64,000 bases of DNA, taken from NCBI GenBank assembly GCA_965263355.1, contig CBDHHL010000056.1, positions 576,001 through 640,000 on the forward strand, in the 5' to 3' direction. The notes below the pieces were generated by a model, which was not told where the DNA came from, did not search any database, and saw only the letters and a program-made list of their open reading frames with translations. Numbering within the stretch: position 1 is the stretch's first letter; the number at the start of each line of letters is the position of its first letter. This DNA is from Leptolyngbyaceae cyanobacterium. GTDB taxonomy: Bacteria; Cyanobacteriota; Cyanobacteriia; Phormidesmidales; Phormidesmidaceae. The translations under genes and the position numbers were made by a program. Of the stretch, positions 52,867 through 62,800 are shown one piece after another.

Positions 52867-53055
52867 TTACCCTGCAGGGAAGGCACTGTAAACCTTGTGA
52901 ATGCCTTCCCAGCCATCTTTCTTACCCGCATTTTGTCTAGCAATTTTCTCAGCTGATTGAACACTTGTGGCATGAACTGACACCAATGTTTTAGTCCCCC
53001 ATTCAGAAACTAAAACATAGTAAGACCGTTCATTCGAATTCGATTTAGACAGCAT
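52867..53055 (-). CDS. Small hypothetical protein
   Basis: 62-aa ORF filling the intergenic gap; GGAG upstream of ATG. Confidence 0.45.
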   Translation of the reverse strand: MLSKSNSNERSYYVLVSEWGTKTLVSVHATSVQSAEKIARQNAGKKDGWEGIHKVYSAFPAG

Positions 53056-53224
53056 CGTTAATGCTCCCGGCGATCACACAGATAACTCTGTGTATTGCTC
53101 TAAAATTTATGCATATTCATCAAAAATTTACCAAATTCTAAAGCAGGGAAAAAAAAATGGCAGCATGGGTCATACCCCCTAGGAAGGTGGGCGATAGGCA
53201 TCAGACCAGGCGGTTGACCACACC

Positions 53225-53917
53225 CTAAACAGGCCGTCCATAGCGGGCAGCCGCAGCATTTTCTAACCAGGCCCACAGCTGATCGCCCTGGGAAAAGTGC
53301 CACCATTCATTGGGATGCTGACGAAAGCCAGCGGCCTGCATCGTCTGGGACAATAGTGTTCGATGGCAATGAAATGTTTCTCCATCGGGGTTGTCAGCAA
53401 AATGACTTGGGTAGGAACGCTCAGAGATTTCATCAATGGCAGACCCCATATCGACGACCTGCTGCCGAGCATCTACGAGGGTAATGTCGATAGCGGCCCC
53501 GGTGCTATGGGGGGGCGGAGTAGCCGGATCGTGGCTGGGAGCTGCCCAAAACTGATAAACCTGGTGAAGGAGATCGTCTTTGGGCGCATTTTCCTCTGTA
53601 TTATCGGGGTGTTCAGTTCGCCAAACTTGCAAGCATTGTTCGTAGGTGTGATTCACCATAAACTGCTGCACGGCAATGGGACGATAGGCATCAAAAATTT
53701 GAATCTGCCAGCCAGGATTCTGGGTCTGTAAATATGCTTGGGCCTGAAATAGCGATCGCAACACCCCCTCACGCAGGTAGTACGGAGAACGATCTCCGTA
53801 GGGTGCACCCAAAACAGCATAAGGGTGGGGATCAACAATAGCAAATCGATCCAGGGGAATGGGAACCAACGATTCACCGCAGTCTCGAATTGGAATACCT
53901 TGGTAAGGTTTCAGCAT
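53225..53917 (-). CDS. ddpX: D-Ala-D-Ala dipeptidase (peptidase M15D, VanX/DdpX-like)
   Basis: FDAYRP, HSTGAAID, EWWHF. Confidence 0.85.
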   Translation of the reverse strand: MLKPYQGIPIRDCGESLVPIPLDRFAIVDPHPYAVLGAPYGDRSPYYLREGVLRSLFQAQAYLQTQNPGWQIQIFDAYRPIAVQQFMVNHTYEQCLQVWRTEHPDNTEENAPKDDLLHQVYQFWAAPSHDPATPPPHSTGAAIDITLVDARQQVVDMGSAIDEISERSYPSHFADNPDGETFHCHRTLLSQTMQAAGFRQHPNEWWHFSQGDQLWAWLENAAAARYGRPV

Positions 53918-53918
53918 C

Positions 53919-54557
53919 TCACCTAACCCCGACTGGCTGTTTTACCATTTCAACAAAGTTTGCCAACAGCTGCAGCCCTGTTTTAGCCGACTTCTCGGGG
54001 TGGAACTGAACAGCCATCAAATTGTCTTTAGCCACCGCTGCCGTCACCGTCTGACTCCCATGGGTAACCGTGGCCGCAACAATCGTTGGATCGCTTGTCT
54101 CTGCGTAATAAGAGTGGACAAAGTAAACCCACTCCTGGGAGGAAATTGTTGTCCAAAGGGGATGCTCGGGCTGGGTCAGGGTCAGTTGATTCCAACCCAT
54201 ATGGGGAATGGTAATGCCGGCCTCTGGCTTAAACTTACGTAGGGTCCCTTTGAGCACACCAATGCCGGGTTCCACACCTTCTTCCGAGGCTTCAAACAGT
54301 AGCTGTAGGCCGACGCAAATGCCCAGAAAAGGTTTACCACTGGCGACTACATCACGGATGGGCTGGGTGAGGTTGCGATCGCACAAATGCCGCATTGCCG
54401 GATCAAACGCGCCCACACCCGGTAGTACCACACCATCCGCCCCGTGGATCACCTCCGATTGGTCAGTTACTATTGGCGTAGCCCCAGCAAACTCCAGCCC
54501 CTTACAGGCCGAGTGCAGGTTTCCCATATCGTAATCAATCACAGCGATGGTTGGCAT
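53919..54557 (-). CDS. hisH: Imidazole glycerol phosphate synthase glutaminase subunit
   Basis: IDYDMGNL, LPGVG, LGICVG, PHMGWN, YFVHSY, QFHPEKS. Confidence 0.96.
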   Translation of the reverse strand: MPTIAVIDYDMGNLHSACKGLEFAGATPIVTDQSEVIHGADGVVLPGVGAFDPAMRHLCDRNLTQPIRDVVASGKPFLGICVGLQLLFEASEEGVEPGIGVLKGTLRKFKPEAGITIPHMGWNQLTLTQPEHPLWTTISSQEWVYFVHSYYAETSDPTIVAATVTHGSQTVTAAVAKDNLMAVQFHPEKSAKTGLQLLANFVEMVKQPVGVR

Positions 54558-54633
54558 AGTCCCTCTGATAGGCGATGACGGCTCTATAGTTGACTGCTCT
54601 ATAGTATCGGCTTGATTGAAGGATGGGTAGGAC

Positions 54634-55137
54634 ATGGCATCACCGATATTAATCACCAGTTTTCGTCCCTGGAAAGCACATCAGGAAATTAATACCAGCG
54701 ACCTATTGCTAGCAAGAGTGGCCACAAAGCTGCCAGCAAATACGGTTGTATTACGGTGGTTACCGGTAAATTTTGACCTGGCACCGATGCAGGTGATTAA
54801 CCATATTTTTCAGTATCATCCTAAGGTTGTGATCTGCTGTGGCATGGCAGAAACACGTCAAACACTCACCGTAGAACAGTGGGGCACCTATAAAGACAGA
54901 CGACTCGCGACACCGATTAATCTGCAAACCTTGGTTAAACACACAGTTCACACCCACATTAGTAATGATGCTGGCAACTTTGTCTGTAATCGGCTCTATT
55001 ATCGAGTGCTGCATCATCTTAGGCCGCACTCTTCTAGCGCTTTGTTTGTCCATGTGCCATTGATCACCCCAGCCAACCAGGCCGTGGTTGAGTTTGACTT
55101 TCTAAAAATTGTTGACTATCTAAATTCAATCCTTTAA
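54634..55137 (+). CDS. pcp: Pyroglutamyl-peptidase I (peptidase C15) family
   Basis: LITSF.P, TVE, SNDAGNFVCN, FVHVP (Glu-Cys-His triad). Confidence 0.85.
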   Translation: MASPILITSFRPWKAHQEINTSDLLLARVATKLPANTVVLRWLPVNFDLAPMQVINHIFQYHPKVVICCGMAETRQTLTVEQWGTYKDRRLATPINLQTLVKHTVHTHISNDAGNFVCNRLYYRVLHHLRPHSSSALFVHVPLITPANQAVVEFDFLKIVDYLNSIL

Positions 55138-55211
55138 TCACCCCCATTGTGCAATCAAGGGCCAAGGGAACCGATCAATTCTCCTGTATAATCCCTCTGC
55201 TCCCTTTCCCT

Positions 55212-56567
55212 GTGCTTTCTCTGCTACCCATGTTGCCTCTGCCCTTCATTGCCCAAGCACCGCCCTCCCCACAAATCGTTCGCCCTCAGGAAGTCAGACC
55301 GTTACCGGCCCAGTTGGACAAGGTGCCAGTATTTAACAGCAACAGTCCTGAGCTGATCGGCGAGCCGGGAATTTTACTATCCACCTTTCCCCCTGAGGGC
55401 ATGGCGCAGCCAGACGCGCATTTGGATTTTGCCTTTGTAGGACGATTTGATGTGTTTGCTCACCATGTATATAGAGCAGACGATCCTGACGATCTCAGGT
55501 CTATGTATGTGGCAGTTTTAGTGCATAACCCTGGGGTAGAAACAGTGACGGTCAATGTGCTGGCTGGGGCTAGCTATCTGAGCCAGCCGGATGCACCATT
55601 TATTCCATTGCCCAGTGCGGTTCCCTTTTCGCCCCGCGACCCAGTATTTGCTGGACCGGGTAGTCGCGCTATGGGGGACCTGATCCAAAATCGTCGTCAG
55701 GCTATATTTCCATCGCAATTAGTTGTGCCACCAGGGGCCAGTGCACTATTAATGAATGTCCCGATCCCGGTGGCTGAGCTGGAGCCTCCGCTTAATGGTC
55801 GCTCCACATTGCTAGAGTTAAACAGTGACGGGCCTGTATATCTGGCGAGTTTGGCCAAGCCAGCCATCTTAGACGGCAATGAGAATGAGTTTGCACCGTC
55901 CTTAAACCAGTGGCAAACCCTATTAGAAACATCAGGGTTGGCGGGACCTCGCGATCGCACCCCCACCCCCATCACTGACAATCCAGACCAGGTAATCTAT
56001 GGTCGTGTGGCCGGTGTTGCCCAGGGCTCCAGTTGGACTGCGACTGTCACAGACCATGATGACACTGATGTCCTGACCATTCCAGCATCAGGAAACACCA
56101 TTTCCTATGGCATTAGTACACTCTATGTTGGACAAATGGGCACTAACCAAAACCAAAGCGCACCCATGCTTGTCCGTTATGACGACACAGCCTATCAAGC
56201 CCATGGCAACTATGGCATAGAGTACAATCTGGCATTTCCACTCCATAACGCCACCGATACCCCCCAAACCATCACCATCGCCCTTGAAACCCCAATCAAA
56301 GAAGATACCCTCTCAACAGCAGGTCTGCAGTTTTTCGAAACCCCACCCAACAGCACTTTTTTCCGAGGTCCAGTTCAGATTAGATATCGCGATGATGCTG
56401 GTCTACCCCACATTCGCAATATTCATCTAGTACAACTACGAGGACAACAGGCTGAGCCTCTTACTACATTGACCCTGCAACCGAGAGAAAAACGACGGGT
56501 AGAGATGATCCTACGCTATCCACCTGACTCAACACCGCCCCAAGTAATCACCATCCAAACACAATAA
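55212..56567 (+). CDS. DUF3370 domain protein (start uncertain, 55149-55230)
   Basis: VFNSNSPE, GILLSTFP, YLSQPDAPF, YGRVAGV, AHGNYG, YPPDSTPPQV. Confidence 0.82.
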   Translation: MLSLLPMLPLPFIAQAPPSPQIVRPQEVRPLPAQLDKVPVFNSNSPELIGEPGILLSTFPPEGMAQPDAHLDFAFVGRFDVFAHHVYRADDPDDLRSMYVAVLVHNPGVETVTVNVLAGASYLSQPDAPFIPLPSAVPFSPRDPVFAGPGSRAMGDLIQNRRQAIFPSQLVVPPGASALLMNVPIPVAELEPPLNGRSTLLELNSDGPVYLASLAKPAILDGNENEFAPSLNQWQTLLETSGLAGPRDRTPTPITDNPDQVIYGRVAGVAQGSSWTATVTDHDDTDVLTIPASGNTISYGISTLYVGQMGTNQNQSAPMLVRYDDTAYQAHGNYGIEYNLAFPLHNATDTPQTITIALETPIKEDTLSTAGLQFFETPPNSTFFRGPVQIRYRDDAGLPHIRNIHLVQLRGQQAEPLTTLTLQPREKRRVEMILRYPPDSTPPQVITIQTQ

Positions 56568-56849
56568 TGAGTGGCAAACTATGCAATAAAATCATCCCAT
56601 GATGAAGAAATAACACTAGGTCGGCGTATGTGTAGCTGAACTTACAATTAGCGTCGCCTTAAATAGGGAAGATCCCTAGTATGAGTCTAACTTTCGAGTT
56701 ATGCTCGTAGTAGAAGACGCAGGTGTATTCCACGAGTACTTCATCAATATCGGATTAATCAATTGGTGAATTCTCGGATAGTTCTTAGAATGGGACATTG
56801 AGCACCGTCTGTACGAACCCCTGCTAAATATGGGGGATAGATAGCAAGC

Positions 56850-58172
56850 ATGTCAAATACATCCATTGTTGGTCAGCTAAACCACAAAATTCAGAAAGCG
56901 AAAGAGAGCTTATTCACCGGAATTCTTGCCATTGGCACCAACGCAGAAGAGGTTGAATGGTTTCTATATTTTCTCGTTGGTCAAATTGTTTGGGCGAATA
57001 CTCGTACCCATTCGAAACGTCGTTGGCATAGGCAATTTCTTAAATATTCTGCAAACCTGCGCCCACAAACTATTAATGACATTGCCCATCATCCTCAAAA
57101 CTACAAGGCGGTGGCGCAGCTTGTCATGCAGCAAAAGTTTAGTCGAGAGCAGTTTTCTCAAATAGTCGTAGGCTGCATATCCGAAGTTTTATTTGATATT
57201 ATCCACCAGGCAACCCTGGCCTATAGCCTCTCAAAGGCTCAGCTTACTTATAAAGTTAGCACCCGCAATGGAGCCAACTTTCCTTGTATTGGTCTACATC
57301 GAGAACCTGTTTGGGATCAGGTCAAACAAGACTGGCAAGTCTGGCAACAGGCAAAGCTGATTGATTATTGTCCAAACCTAGCCCCTGTTATTGTTCGAGC
57401 TGACATCCTCAAAGAGCGCACTTCCGAAGCTACGTATCAGGACTTAGGAAAATTAGCCAATGGCCAACAAACTTTGCGAGACTTAGCTGTACACACTGGT
57501 CAACCCCTGGTCACATTAACTCAATCACTGGTTCCCCATATACGTCGGGATTTGATCAAACTGGTCAAAGTAAATGACTTGTCATCGAGTAAACAGTCCT
57601 TACAACGGTCCGTACCAACGTTGGTAAGATCTACTGTTAACAAAAATAGCTTAACTAATGGGTCAGCATTAAAATCTGGTTCCTTATGTGTTGTCGGGTC
57701 AGGCCCTGTAGCCAGCAAATTTAATCTGCCTAGAGACAAAGCCGTTGTTGCTTATGTCGACGACAATCCAGCCGATAGTCAAATCATGGCCAGTATTTTC
57801 CAGGGATCAGACTATCGATATGTCAATATCCCAGACCCATTACAGGCGCTTCCCAAACTGTTAGCGCTGAAACCTCAGCTCATTTTTCTTGACCTGGTTA
57901 TGCCTGTGGTCAATGGGTATGAGCTATGTGCTCAGATTCGCAGAGTCTCAGCACTTAAAGAGGTTCCCATCATTATCATGACCAATAACGACGGTATTCC
58001 TGATCGGGTACGCGCTAAGGTTGTTGGTTCCAATGGTTTCTTAGGCAAGCCCATCAATCCGAAGCGGGTTTTAAAGGTCGTTCTTAAATATCTGAATTCC
58101 AAACCTGTGGTATCACCGGGCCTAGCTCATTTTCATGGCAATCTACTGCCGACTGTTAGCGGGTCCGTGTAA
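56850..58172 (+). CDS. PatA-family response regulator (PATAN + REC)
   Basis: FTG..WFLYF..GQIVWA..H..RRW; PNLAP; TLRDLA; receiver LDLVMP..GYELC, FLGKP. Confidence 0.88.
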   Translation: MSNTSIVGQLNHKIQKAKESLFTGILAIGTNAEEVEWFLYFLVGQIVWANTRTHSKRRWHRQFLKYSANLRPQTINDIAHHPQNYKAVAQLVMQQKFSREQFSQIVVGCISEVLFDIIHQATLAYSLSKAQLTYKVSTRNGANFPCIGLHREPVWDQVKQDWQVWQQAKLIDYCPNLAPVIVRADILKERTSEATYQDLGKLANGQQTLRDLAVHTGQPLVTLTQSLVPHIRRDLIKLVKVNDLSSSKQSLQRSVPTLVRSTVNKNSLTNGSALKSGSLCVVGSGPVASKFNLPRDKAVVAYVDDNPADSQIMASIFQGSDYRYVNIPDPLQALPKLLALKPQLIFLDLVMPVVNGYELCAQIRRVSALKEVPIIIMTNNDGIPDRVRAKVVGSNGFLGKPINPKRVLKVVLKYLNSKPVVSPGLAHFHGNLLPTVSGSV

Positions 58173-58229
58173 AAGATCAGCAATGGTTAATTGCCTCTGA
58201 GTCTAACGCGTTTAATTCCTTAAGCCAGA

Positions 58230-59633
58230 ATGATTTCCCAACCGATAACCCGGCAACCACCCCCCCCCTGTTTTCAGCAGGAAGCGGCTGAATTACTTCA
58301 GCAAATCGGGGCTGAACTCCAGCAGTTGCATCAGAATTTTAATCTCCAAAAATCCCATCGCCTAATGCACCTGGCCCATACCCTCAAGGGTGCCGCTGCA
58401 ACTGTGGGCTTAGACGGGATTAAAACCACAACCCAAGCATTGGAAAATGCATTTAAAGCATTGTGCACTCCAGATGCTCGCCTTACCGCCCCAGTGTACG
58501 AGTTACTGCTTGAGGGGTACAGATGCTTGGCATTACTCCTCTCAGTCCCCCTAGCCAACAATCAAATTAATGAGTCCAAGGTATTGGACCGGATGACAGT
58601 TATTGTTGCAAAATTGCAACAAATCCTAGGGGATCGATTTGGTCAAACCAGCTATTTACCCACCTCTGCTCAGCTTGGTGTCGATGTGACTCAATCGATT
58701 TTTGAAAACGGTGTAACTGAATATTTAGATGAGCTAACCAATGCGTTGGCAAACCCTGACCCTGATTTTCTAGGGGAGTTATTGCAAGTTCAAGCAGATG
58801 TATTTATTGGTCTGGGAGAATCTTTAAACTTACCGGGATTTGGCAAAATTGCCCAAGCTACTCTAACCGCCCTAAGCCAACATCCTGAGCAGGTTATACC
58901 GATTGCTCAACTGGCTTTACATGATTATCGGGCTGGTCAGGCATATGTGCTTAATGGCGATCGCAACCAGGGCGGTACCCCCAGCCCAGCCTTAATCCAG
59001 CTAGGCACTTGTCAACAAACCCAACCCAATTGGGTTAAAACTCTCTGGCAGCGGTTAAATCAACCGATTTCACCTTTAAATCTGATACCGCAAGTAAAAC
59101 CATCTCAGCCAGGGCCAGCAACCACCAATCAAAAACAGCCCCTAAGCCAGCTATTTCAACAGTGCCATAAAGAGTTGAATCAGTTAACCCAGCAACAGGG
59201 TAAACCTGTTGTAGTCAAGCTTAAGGGAGAAGATGTACGGCTTGATCCAGCTATTGTCAATCAGCTACAGGCCCCACTTCTGCACCTGACGCGCAATGCC
59301 TTTAACCATGACATTGAGATACCTGTTGTGCGCCGACGCCAGGGCAAATCAGCCGTGGGTAAAATTCAACTAGCCGCCAAACAAGCTGAGCAGTATGTCG
59401 TGATATGTGTTTGGGACGATGGCTGTGGACCCAACCCAGAAACCATTCGCCAGCAAGTACACCCTCATATTGAGGCACTTAAGGGCATTATTACCGCCGC
59501 CTATCACCCAGGTAAAGGCACCTGTTTTACTTTAACAATTCCTGCTAGTAGCGATTGGAAGTGCGTGACTCAAGCACCCTACGCTTGCTCACGACAACCA
59601 ATGAGTCAAGAGAATGCCAATTTTTCAAGCTAG
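58230..59633 (+). CDS. Reduced CheA-like protein (Hpt + degenerate HATPase)
   Basis: Hpt AHTLKGAA; HLTRNAFNHDIE, DDGCG, GKGTCF; no G2 box, CheW or receiver domain. Confidence 0.78.
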   Translation: MISQPITRQPPPPCFQQEAAELLQQIGAELQQLHQNFNLQKSHRLMHLAHTLKGAAATVGLDGIKTTTQALENAFKALCTPDARLTAPVYELLLEGYRCLALLLSVPLANNQINESKVLDRMTVIVAKLQQILGDRFGQTSYLPTSAQLGVDVTQSIFENGVTEYLDELTNALANPDPDFLGELLQVQADVFIGLGESLNLPGFGKIAQATLTALSQHPEQVIPIAQLALHDYRAGQAYVLNGDRNQGGTPSPALIQLGTCQQTQPNWVKTLWQRLNQPISPLNLIPQVKPSQPGPATTNQKQPLSQLFQQCHKELNQLTQQQGKPVVVKLKGEDVRLDPAIVNQLQAPLLHLTRNAFNHDIEIPVVRRRQGKSAVGKIQLAAKQAEQYVVICVWDDGCGPNPETIRQQVHPHIEALKGIITAAYHPGKGTCFTLTIPASSDWKCVTQAPYACSRQPMSQENANFSS

Positions 59634-59888
59634 AGGAACTGCCAATTAATACCATTCCAAGCCACGTTGAGCGCATATACGACGCCATGAAAACGCCACA
59701 TACAACTACTATTTTTCGCCGTCAAACGGCTCCCCCATTACAAGAAAAATTTAAAAACTTCCAAAATGAGAATTCTGTCTAAACGAGTGAATACGTCTGG
59801 CATGACTCTCAAAACTCTTACTCTAAGATAAAATCAGGCTATCTGATAGCTTAAAAACAGTACTGTAGATACAGTTAAACTAGCTGGT

Positions 59889-62800
59889 CTAAGCGCTCTT
59901 CGACTTACGTAGCATCTGAAACCACTGATGTAACAACAACACCCGAATTCGATAACAATCATACCCATCCGGATGCTCTGTCTGCTCAATGATGCCAAAA
60001 TTCTGCAGTACGTGCATCGCATCTAAACACTGAATCTCCGAAATATTTAACTTCTTAGCCAAGAACCCCAACAGCGTCCTTGCCCGCAGCCAGCCATCCA
60101 TATTATTAGACGTCGCCGTCATAATACTCAAAGCATTCAAAACATGATGCACCCTAGGCTTTGACTTATAAGACCTAAGCTCACCAATCATGGCATGCTC
60201 GACATAGGCTTTTAACGGCTGGTCTCGGAAAACTTTTCTCAAATGCAGCTGAGCAAACACATAGGTTATCTGGCCCGTTGTATTCACCTCAGGTTGTGTT
60301 TCGGCCTTCCTCACCAAAAAGCCCGCTACCTTTCTCAGCAAAAATGGATGCCCACCGCTAAGTCTGTGGATCGCCTGTATCGTCTGGCGATCAAAGTCCC
60401 ACTTCATCAAACTGCCAATACCATTGATTAATGATGACGATTCTTGAATAGAAAACGGTTTTAAAAAAGACTCCTTAAAAAATCGATGCAATGGATTTTT
60501 AGCCGTCTCAGAAAAGTTCCACTGCTTAAGTCGATTACACTGAGGTCGTACAGCCGTTACTACCAAAGAAACCAGCTGCTCTTTTTGGCTCAAAGCATGT
60601 AACGAACTAAATACAAAGTTGAACTCTTCGGCTTTCTCTTCAAATTTTTCGTTAGAGCTTGGAAAAAGCTTATCTAAATTGTCCAAACAACATAGAATAG
60701 GAAGCTCATAACCTACACCCTCAAGATCCTTCGCGAGTCTCTTAAAGTGCTGTTGGAACTCACGTGATGCCTCTTTTATCGGTTCATCACCTTCAGATAG
60801 GAGCGACGGCTTTTCTAATAAAGGATTTTTACCATGAACCAATGAATAAAGGTTTTGCAGAATATCATCCAGCAGCTCACAGCCATAACCAATCTCACTG
60901 TACTTCTGCAAATCCATATAGATTAAAGGGTTATCCTGACACATCAGTGATAGCTGATGAATAACCGATGATTTACCGGATTTGCGTAACCCAAAAATAC
61001 CTACGCTTTGGTTATTTTTTAGATCAGTTGCCAGTTCTACCAACAACTCTGTGCGACCAAAGAAAAGTAACTTATCACGGATAGGTTTCTTACATTTAAA
61101 GAAGTCAGTTGTGTCAGTGTATTGAATTATGTGGTTAGATAAAACCTCTTTGCAGTCATCAGCATTGGCTAAAACCCCCTCTGCCTCTGCCAAAGCAATG
61201 GGTACAACGTTAAAGTCTTGATGTACCCTCAAGTCTGCAATGAGTGCTCTCGATGCGGGTTCAGGTAGCTCTTCATATAAGATAATCCCAGTTAGGTTGG
61301 GATTATGGGTCCTAATTTCATCAGATTTTTGAAATAATGTATTGATATCGTTCTCTGTCAAATGCTCTGGCACTACAGAGACCAAGAAGGGAGGCTTTAG
61401 CCCAAATTGCTCCGGCAATTCGGTAACGAGTAAATTGTGTTCGTCTTCCTGCTTGGAAATTGCACCTACCTGATCCAAGAAACTATGGGCTGTCAACATA
61501 GCAGACCGGTAGCTGCCCACAGTCAAGGACAGAATTTGCTCTTCCACTGATGCCCAAAGCTCAGGTGAGACGCGCTTTGCTTCTTGTCGACATCTCAGCA
61601 TCAGCAATGTCACGTATAAGCAGTCTTGACAGGCTTTAGCTTCATTCCGAGACAACATCAGCCATGATTCGTCCACCTTTAGAATGCCAAGACATACTTG
61701 CTTGAGTTCTTCTACAAACTTCTGATGAATGTGGCTAGGAAATTGGGTGCCTGGTATATTCAAGCTCAGCCGATTTAGCTGTTCAAATAGTGTGAGAAAA
61801 TCAGATCCTGAAAAAATCTCATTCTTTTTTAAATCTTCATCAATAGACGCTCGCTGATCATGGCTTTTGAGATACCGCATACTGCGAACACTAGCCCGTT
61901 TACGAATTGTATTGGCTAAGGGCTTGGCTAACTGAACGGCCTTTTTAAGTTCAGTCTGAGTACGATTTCTAGTAGCTGTATCGCTGAGCTTACCGGTTTT
62001 CTTAACCTGTAAAACAACGCTTTGAAATGTATTGATTAAATGGGTTGTCAGGGTTAAATCACTGGATGCCCTGAGATTGTAGATAAAGGGTTGTAGCAAT
62101 GCTTGAACAACTTCCAACTCCCCTTTGAGCTTAGAACTCTGGGCTAGAATACGGCTATAGTGAAAAGCACGATAAAGGGCATTGGCTCGCTTTTCGATTA
62201 GCTTTTCTGGTGCGGGTTCATCTGCGGTTACCTGAGCCGCCCACATCCACAGTGAACTAAGCTTTTCCGTATTAATGTACCCTTGGGCAACCTGGTTAAG
62301 ATAAAGCAACAGGTCAATAATGTTGCTCTCATCGTATTTGAGACCAGCGATCAGTAGAAAAACTTCTTCCCAACGTTTATCGTTGGCATATTGCCGCACC
62401 ATCTTTGAAAGTGCCTGGTTACTATAGTTTTGGTGGATATACTTAGCAACCAGAAATTCCTGAAACGTTAGGTGAGAGAAGGAATAAATGCCCTTAGATT
62501 GCTCGACTAAAATACCTTGCTGGATTGCGATCGCATCTAAAATTGACTCCCCACTCAAATTACTAGGCGCGTTCAGCTCCCTTAGTAAAAAGTCTCGAAT
62601 ATGCTCAACTAAATTGACCTTAGTAAATAACAGTTTATCTTCCTTAAAGGCTTTATACGCAATCTCAGCCAGCAATTTCTCCTCTAGCTCTACATGCAGA
62701 CCCTCATAAATCCCTTCCTTTGAAACCCGCTTTTCATCAAACCATTTCTCTAACAGAATGCGTAGGCCTTCATGATAAAGAATACTTCTGTTACCAGAGA

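Noticed and set aside
54558..54656. N-terminal extension of HisH
   Set aside because: Overlaps the divergent pcp start; the conserved HisH sequence begins at 54557
59555..59782. ORF after the CheA-like gene as a CheW
   Set aside because: Too short and no convincing CheW motif; at most a truncated N-terminus
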